Shown: in pieces, positions 58,435 through 64,000 of the stretch
Layout: each line of letters begins with the position of its first letter
Numbering within the stretch: the first letter of the stretch is position 1
From: SAR324 cluster bacterium
Lineage (GTDB): Bacteria > SAR324 > NAC60-12
Direction of reading: 5' to 3'
Assembly (NCBI GenBank): GCA_022448485.1
Contig: JAKUUI010000001.1
Span: forward strand, 12,631-76,630
DNA: 64,000 bases
Program-made: the position numbers and the translations under genes
The notes under the pieces: model-generated
What the model saw: only the letters and a program-made list of their open reading frames with translations
Databases searched by the model: none
What the model was told of the DNA's origin: nothing

Positions 58435-59517
58435 TCATAATTTCTTTGCGGATGCTTGTTTACGTTTGCGGCGCATTGCTTCACGGTTTTTGCGGATTTT
58501 CTGATAGTACCAAACGGCTTTGTTGTGTTCACGTAAAGTCCTTGAAAACTGACTACTGCCGTCCCCGCGGGCGACAAAATACAGGTACTTTTTATCTGCT
58601 GGATAAAGCACGCTGTGCAATGAAGCACGCCCCGGATTAGAAATGGGAGTAGGGGGCAAACCGTATCTGGTGTAAGTGTTATACGGAGTCGGTTTTCGTA
58701 AATGCTCTCGTGTCAGATTCCCGTTGAAATCACCAAGTCCATAAATGACCGTTGGGTCACTATCAAGCCGCATTCTACGCTTGAGTCGATTATGAAAAAC
58801 GGAAGCAATCAATGGTCGGTCTGAATCTGCTCCGGTTTCCTTTTCAACAATGGAAGCCAGAGTTAGAACTGTATACTCGTTCATCCCAATTTCTTCTGCA
58901 CGCTTCTGAAAATCAGCATTGAAAACCCGGCGATACTGCGCAATCATTGCGGATAAAATTTCCTGCTCTGATTCTACTCGTGAAAAAAAGTAAGTTTCCG
59001 GAAACAAAAATCCTTCCAGTGTTGTCAGTTCAGGAATTCCAGTTTTTGCTAATAATTCCGGATCATTTATCAGTGACATGAGCACTTCTTTATCTGCTAA
59101 TTCTGCACTGTGCAATCGCTTTGCAATTTGTACATAATTTGATCCTTCGGGAATGGTAATCCTGTGCCGGATGCTCTTTCCGGAAACCAGATACTGCAAC
59201 AACTCAGACGTGTTCCAGCTGTGTTGAATTTTAAATTCTCCAGCCTGGATTCGGGAATGTACTTTCAATTGTTTAGCCAAATAGTCATAGAGTCGGGGGT
59301 ATGGCAACAGCCCTTTTTCTCTTACACGCCCTGTAACGCTGTTGAAAGTGGAGCCTCGAGGAATCAGTATAATAGAGCTGCCTTCCGTAGCAGTATCCAT
59401 TATAGGGCTGTAATAAATATGAAAAATATATCCTGTCAGACCAAGGATGCAGGTTGCTCCAAGAAAGAGAATCCCTGCTAGCAGGTGCTTCCAATTTTCA
59501 GTTATGTACAATTTCAT
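58435..59517 (-). CDS. mltG: endolytic murein transglycosylase MltG (YceG family)
   Basis: An N-terminal TM segment is followed by the YceG core (EGFLFPETY, LASIVEKE, VF.NRL...M.L.SD.TV.Y, NTY...GLPP.PI.NPG). Confidence 0.9.
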   Translation of the reverse strand: MKLYITENWKHLLAGILFLGATCILGLTGYIFHIYYSPIMDTATEGSSIILIPRGSTFNSVTGRVREKGLLPYPRLYDYLAKQLKVHSRIQAGEFKIQHSWNTSELLQYLVSGKSIRHRITIPEGSNYVQIAKRLHSAELADKEVLMSLINDPELLAKTGIPELTTLEGFLFPETYFFSRVESEQEILSAMIAQYRRVFNADFQKRAEEIGMNEYTVLTLASIVEKETGADSDRPLIASVFHNRLKRRMRLDSDPTVIYGLGDFNGNLTREHLRKPTPYNTYTRYGLPPTPISNPGRASLHSVLYPADKKYLYFVARGDGSSQFSRTLREHNKAVWYYQKIRKNREAMRRKRKQASAKKL

Positions 59518-59830
59518 TAAGTTGGAAAATGAAGATGAATGCGAGTATTATTTGGTTTAACCCAATTATATCGACAGACTGATAAGAACGCAACACGTGG
59601 TACCGCTAAACTGGACTTTCTGCAAGAATGTGAACTTATGAAATGTTTGCAATTTCTGTGGTGCGGGAGTACACACTGCGCATTATCGGATTATATAGGC
59701 CTTTGAAAAAATAAACTTGTAATCCAACCCGAAGTAAATTACACTCAAATAATAACTTAGATGTAATAATGACGTTCCTGAGATGCTGGGCCGTTTAAAT
59801 AAATAAATAATTTTACTGATTGAGGATTCC

Positions 59831-60451
59831 ATGTTAAATGGACTTTTGGCCCGCAAGATTGGCATGACCCAGATTTTTGAAGAAGACGGAACTGCGCTTC
59901 CTGTGACCGTGCTGCAGTCCGGGCCTATGACGGTTGTACAAAAAAAGATCCAGGAAAAAGACGGTTGCAATCATGTACAAGTTGGGTTTGAAGAAATACC
60001 TGAGCGTAAAGTAAACAAACCGATCAAAGGGCATTTTAAAGCACAGGCCCCCACTCGCATCCTGCGCGAATTTGAAGTGGAGAACATTAACGAAGTGGAA
60101 GTTGGACAAGTTTTTGATGTTAATTTATTTGCAGAAGGAGAAAGTGTCTCGGTTTCCGGAAACTCAAAAGGTAAGGGTTTCACCGGGGTTATGAAACGTC
60201 ACGGATTTCATGGACAGCCTGCCAGTCACGGACACAGAGGACACCGCGGGACTGGAAGTATCGGGCAGTGCGCCACTCCGGCTCGTGTTTTCAAGGGCAA
60301 GAAAATGCATGGCCGCCACGGCAACGGCAAAGTAACTCAGCTCGGTCTAAAGATTGTCAAAATCCTTGCAGAAGAAGCAATCGTACTAGTCAAAGGTGCG
60401 GTCCCTGGTCCCAACGGCGGACTGGTAACAATCCTCAAAAGCAACCGCTAA
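59831..60451 (+). CDS. rplC: 50S ribosomal protein L3 (stand-alone locus)
   Basis: The 206-aa product is colinear with bacterial L3 (GLL..K.GMTQIF.EDG...PVTV, SKGKGF.G..KRH.F.G.PASHG, GSIG, VFKGKKM.G..G, LVKGAVPG). A GAGGA SD precedes the ATG. No rpsJ or rplD flanks it. Confidence 0.85.
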   Translation: MLNGLLARKIGMTQIFEEDGTALPVTVLQSGPMTVVQKKIQEKDGCNHVQVGFEEIPERKVNKPIKGHFKAQAPTRILREFEVENINEVEVGQVFDVNLFAEGESVSVSGNSKGKGFTGVMKRHGFHGQPASHGHRGHRGTGSIGQCATPARVFKGKKMHGRHGNGKVTQLGLKIVKILAEEAIVLVKGAVPGPNGGLVTILKSNR

Positions 60452-60892
60452 TTTTTTAGAAGCAAATATTCGGACGATACGATCTGTGTCGCCCTTTCAT
60501 TTCCCTCCTAATCTTTTCCTCTAAAGTTTCCAGCAAATCTGTCGATAAAGGGATGAGATTTGGATTGCTTTCTCGTTTGGATGGCAGGGAGATTTCTGTT
60601 TGAAATTCCATCTGCTTCATTCAAAGGGGCGTAGTGTGCCCACAGAGTGATCCTGATTGATGTTTTTGAAAATTTTCGACAAATTATTGTCATAACAAAT
60701 ACAGCGGATTACTCTGGTTTTGTTGTTGACGCTTGTATATGAGTGCGCACTGAATCGAGCGGCATTGCTGTTTATGATGGCTCTGTTTGTCCAAACGACA
60801 GGTTGACGGTTTTTAGAATTTCCCATTTTTTGTATGGGTATATGTTCAGGTTTAATAACCGTAAATCTTAATCTGCATAATAAAGGGGAAAA

Positions 60893-61300
60893 ATGGCATT
60901 CAAAACCAAGGTGGTTCTGGTAGTCTTACTGGTAGCATTGCTGATTGGAGTTCCTCCCGGACTCGGCCAGCAGCCTCCGGCAGACAACAGGGGGAACCTG
61001 TATTCAATCTGGTTAAAGCTATCAATGATGGGGCACAACCAGTCAGAAATTGAGGGTATACTTAACGGCACCACCAAGCAACAGCTAATGCGTCTCAAAA
61101 ACCGATTGCGGCGGGATGTGCTCGATACCTTGATGCATCACAATTTGCTCAGTCAAATCGAGTTAAGCCGGACAGAACAGGATCTTTTCATGATTCGTTA
61201 CAAAATCAGAACGGAAATACGTTTTGCCGGTTTGGAAAACGACCAGCTGTTGCAGCGTATGATCCGGCATAAATTCGGGATTGCACTGCAGAATATTTGA
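60893..61300 (+). CDS. hypothetical secreted helical protein
   Basis: The 135-aa product has the signal-like MAFKTKVVLVVLLVALLIGVPPGLG. An AGGGGA SD precedes the ATG. I recognise no family. Confidence 0.5.
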   Translation: MAFKTKVVLVVLLVALLIGVPPGLGQQPPADNRGNLYSIWLKLSMMGHNQSEIEGILNGTTKQQLMRLKNRLRRDVLDTLMHHNLLSQIELSRTEQDLFMIRYKIRTEIRFAGLENDQLLQRMIRHKFGIALQNI

Positions 61301-61386
61301 AGTCTATGAAAGATGGTGCTACACGTTGAATATTTGTGAATTCTTGTTGGTTCTTGGCTAAAACCCAAATCAAAACTCAACACTTC

Positions 61387-62496
61387 TTAGTGCCAGCGGA
61401 ATAATTTCAGGGCCAGTGCAAAACAAATTCCTCCAATCGCAAGTAACCCAAGTGCCGGCTGAATTACTTGTGCCAAACCAATTCCTTCAGTGATGATTCC
61501 TCGTAAAGAGTCAGTAAGTAAGGTTAAAGGAAGTACCTCTACATAGGGGATGACCCAGTCCGGAAAGTTGTGGTAACTAAAAAAAATTCCTGAAAGGATA
61601 AACATCGGCAGAGTTACGCTGTTAATCAAACCGTTGCCGCTTTGCGTGTTTTGTACACGGGACGAGATGAGAACGGCAATTCCAGCAAATGCACTGTAGC
61701 CGCTTAAAAAAACCAAAGCCAGGGCCTGCAGACTACCTTGAATATTAATATCAAAATAGAAGTGGACAAATCCGTACAGCAACAGCAGCTCAGCAGCGCT
61801 GAGAATCATACGATTCAGTCCATGCGAGAGGAGAAAAACTGATTTTCTCATCGGAGTGGCAACCATCCTACGTAGTAATTTTTTGATGCGCAACTCAATC
61901 AAATTCCACCCGATTCCCCACAAACAGGCATTCATAATCGATATGGCCATTAAGCCTGGGATCAAAAAATCGACATATCGGCTGCCTATCATAGTCAACG
62001 GGTGGACTTCTGCTTTTTGTCGGACAAATTTCTGCTTTCGGAAAGCTCTCTCCAACAGCAAATACGTCAGACGCGATTCAGCATTGTTCGGATCAAAGCG
62101 GTAACGAAGACCGGTTTTCGGATTGCCTTCGATCCAGAGCGTAATTTGTCCGCGCTTAAGAGCCAGCATTGCAGCCTTTTCAGGCATCACCCTGAAACGA
62201 AAACGTGCCTGTTCTCCATGATTTTCTCCAACTTCCCATACAAGCTCGTAATCTCCTGAAAACTCTGCAGGAGCCATGCCTGTTTTTTGAAGCAGCCATT
62301 CCGGAAGAGTGGAAGCCGATGCCTGATTATTAGAAACCAGCGCAACGTTCCGAAGAATTTCACCTTTGCTCGCAAAGGCAATCCCCAATATCCAGGCCAT
62401 CAATACTGGAAACCCAAAAGACCAGAACACAACTCCCGGTTCCCGGAAGAATAGTTTGAACTGAGAAATGACTAGCCGTAAAAGCATGCTATTCAT
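61387..62496 (-). CDS. ABC-2 type transporter permease
   Basis: The 369-aa product has an N-terminal TM segment, a large extracytoplasmic loop and a 5-TM ABC-2 core. It overlaps the ATPase gene by 8 bp. Confidence 0.75.
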   Translation of the reverse strand: MNSMLLRLVISQFKLFFREPGVVFWSFGFPVLMAWILGIAFASKGEILRNVALVSNNQASASTLPEWLLQKTGMAPAEFSGDYELVWEVGENHGEQARFRFRVMPEKAAMLALKRGQITLWIEGNPKTGLRYRFDPNNAESRLTYLLLERAFRKQKFVRQKAEVHPLTMIGSRYVDFLIPGLMAISIMNACLWGIGWNLIELRIKKLLRRMVATPMRKSVFLLSHGLNRMILSAAELLLLYGFVHFYFDINIQGSLQALALVFLSGYSAFAGIAVLISSRVQNTQSGNGLINSVTLPMFILSGIFFSYHNFPDWVIPYVEVLPLTLLTDSLRGIITEGIGLAQVIQPALGLLAIGGICFALALKLFRWH

Positions 62497-63409
62497 CCAA
62501 GTGTCTCCCGCTCATTGCAAGAAATAAATCATCAAGGGTACGCCTACGGCACTCAAGTGATGTCAAAGAAACTGCTGTAATTTTTATTAAATCTAAAAAA
62601 TCGGGCAATGTTTCTGAAATACTGTTTACTATCAATCGTCCATAACCTGTATCTTCATTCCAGCGACAGGTAAGTACGCCGGAAAGTGCTTTGGCTTCTT
62701 GAGTTGGGAATGACCCTTCGATCACATATTCAATCAAATCACCCTCGCCAAATTTGTCTAGCAGCTGATTTAAGGAGCCTTCTGCTAGGATTTTTCCTTG
62801 ATCCATCATGACAATTCGGTCACAAAGAAATTCTGCTTCTTCCATGTAATGCGTGGTGAGAATCATCGTGGTTCCAGTTGCCTTAAAATCTTCGAGGATT
62901 TCCCAGAGGTCACGCCGAGCATTTGGATCAAGTCCGGTTGTTGGTTCGTCGAGAATGAGGATTCGTGGACTTGGCAGAATTGCAATCCCCAGGGCAAGCC
63001 GCTGCCGTTGTCCTCCGGAGAGTTGGACAACCCAGGTGCTGCGCTTGCTTTCGAGCTGAATGATGTCAATGACCTCGCTTGTACGCTTTTTACCGAGATG
63101 GTAAAAACTGGCAAAAAGATCGAGTGTTTCCTCAACCGTCAAACGCTCCTGGAACCTTGTTTCCTGTAAGGCAAGACCGATTTCCTGACGTAAAAAATGT
63201 TCGTCTTTAGCCCATGTCTTTTCAAAGATCTGAATTGTACCGGAATCGGGAAGTTGAACACCTTCGATCATTTCCACCAAAGTGGTCTTGCCCGCACCGT
63301 TTGGTCCGAGCAGAGCCACCGCTTCTCCGGATTCAACCCGTAAATTGACGTTTCGAACAGCGTTAACGTCTTTGAAGGATTTGCAGACGTTATGGACTTC
63401 AATCACCAT
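62489..63409 (-). CDS. ABC transporter ATP-binding protein (ABC-2/DrrA-type)
   Basis: It has Walker A GPNGAGKTT, the LSGGQRQR signature, and Walker B ILILDEPT. Confidence 0.9.
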   Translation of the reverse strand: MVIEVHNVCKSFKDVNAVRNVNLRVESGEAVALLGPNGAGKTTLVEMIEGVQLPDSGTIQIFEKTWAKDEHFLRQEIGLALQETRFQERLTVEETLDLFASFYHLGKKRTSEVIDIIQLESKRSTWVVQLSGGQRQRLALGIAILPSPRILILDEPTTGLDPNARRDLWEILEDFKATGTTMILTTHYMEEAEFLCDRIVMMDQGKILAEGSLNQLLDKFGEGDLIEYVIEGSFPTQEAKALSGVLTCRWNEDTGYGRLIVNSISETLPDFLDLIKITAVSLTSLECRRRTLDDLFLAMSGRHLDE

Positions 63410-63423
63410 AGAGTCTTGTCCGC

Positions 63424-63927
63424 TCAGCCGCCGTAATAAGTCTTTTCACCGAGGTCTTTCAATAGAAGAGTTGCATCATCAGCGCGTCCTTCCGGTTCTT
63501 GGTTCACACCTGCATCCACTACTTCACCTAGAAAAATAGAGTGGTCACCTTCCTCCACAGTTGTCACCAGTCTGCATTCAATGAAAGCGGGCATGTTGTC
63601 CAAAATCGGGGCTCCTGTACTTCCGGCATGAAAGGGCTCACCGCTGATCTTTTGCCCGTTCCGCTCCGCAGGTTTAAAAAACGCATACGCTGCGCCTTGC
63701 TGTCCCTTGCCTAAAACATTTAGTGCGAAGTTCCCGGCTGTTTTTGTAATGTCATGAATTTGTGAGTCTGCTTTGACACCGACTGCCAACAACGGAGGTT
63801 TGAATGAAGCCTGTGTGACCCAGTTCACTGTGGCAGCCGAAATTCGACCATCCTTGTCTTCGGCTGTCATAACGTACAGTCCGTAAGGAATCATCCGCAG
63901 TGCGGTTTTTTTTGAATTATCATCCAT
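63424..63927 (-). CDS. flavin reductase-like (FMN-binding split-barrel) protein
   Basis: LRMIPYGLYVMTAEDKDGRISAATVNWVTQASFKPPLLAVGV is the typical N-terminal pattern of the flavin reductase domain. It lies 14 bp upstream of the ABC ATPase gene. Confidence 0.75.
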   Translation of the reverse strand: MDDNSKKTALRMIPYGLYVMTAEDKDGRISAATVNWVTQASFKPPLLAVGVKADSQIHDITKTAGNFALNVLGKGQQGAAYAFFKPAERNGQKISGEPFHAGSTGAPILDNMPAFIECRLVTTVEEGDHSIFLGEVVDAGVNQEPEGRADDATLLLKDLGEKTYYGG

Positions 63928-64000
63928 AGAGTCTCCTTTTGAGAAAATTAAAGATAAAGTTGAGTCTGCAGTGTTTCAGGAATGAGTTAGTCTTGTCAAG

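Noticed and set aside
1-64000. A search for CRISPR arrays, tRNA/rRNA genes, IS elements with terminal inverted repeats, integrases and prophage or defence-island genes
   Set aside because: I saw no regularly spaced direct repeats, no tRNA T-loop (GGTTCGAATCC-like) contexts in the spacers, and no transposase, integrase or recognisable defence-gene motifs among the ORFs. This was a visual scan only, and short or degenerate elements could be missed.

Overview
This is a 64-kb chromosomal segment from an AT-rich diderm bacterium (Lpt permease, outer-membrane barrels, MltG and MreCD-PBP2 are present). Split atpZ-atpI-atpB-atpE, stand-alone hisE and an NtrC-type activator suggest a delta-proteobacteria-like or marine lineage, but that is a guess. 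I support about 55 protein-coding genes, mostly housekeeping: a Dpp-type peptide uptake operon with an S58 peptidase, prpE and acs, F0 ATP synthase genes, aroC, trkH, a nudix-relA pair, rlmH, recO, msrA, a uvrD-like helicase, ftsY, lptF/G, psuG, an NCS2 permease, maf-mrdA-mreD-mreC, hom, ridA, an OYE-type flavoenzyme, hisE, a sigma-54 activator, ABC transporters, mltG and rplC. I found no rRNA, tRNA, CRISPR array, intact IS element or prophage gene. I cannot point to a clear-cut novel multi-gene system. The candidates worth a second look are: (1) a receiver-like protein lacking the phospho-acceptor Asp, fused to a roughly 560-aa poly-acidic tail; (2) two tandem, strongly similar paralogs of a poorly characterised multi-TM transporter-like family, next to an orphan sigma-54 activator; (3) an rplC (L3) gene with no S10-operon neighbours; (4) a nudix-relA operon whose RelA-like protein has a degenerate hydrolase domain; (5) a Na+-type ion-binding signature in the ATP synthase c subunit; (6) gene decay in the 29.7-37.8 kb region, including a multiply disrupted allantoicase relic and a corrinoid-domain fragment hidden in apparently empty spacers, flanking an uncharacterised CitE/malate-synthase-like enzyme. 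All family assignments come from motif recognition by eye and need HMM or BLAST confirmation.
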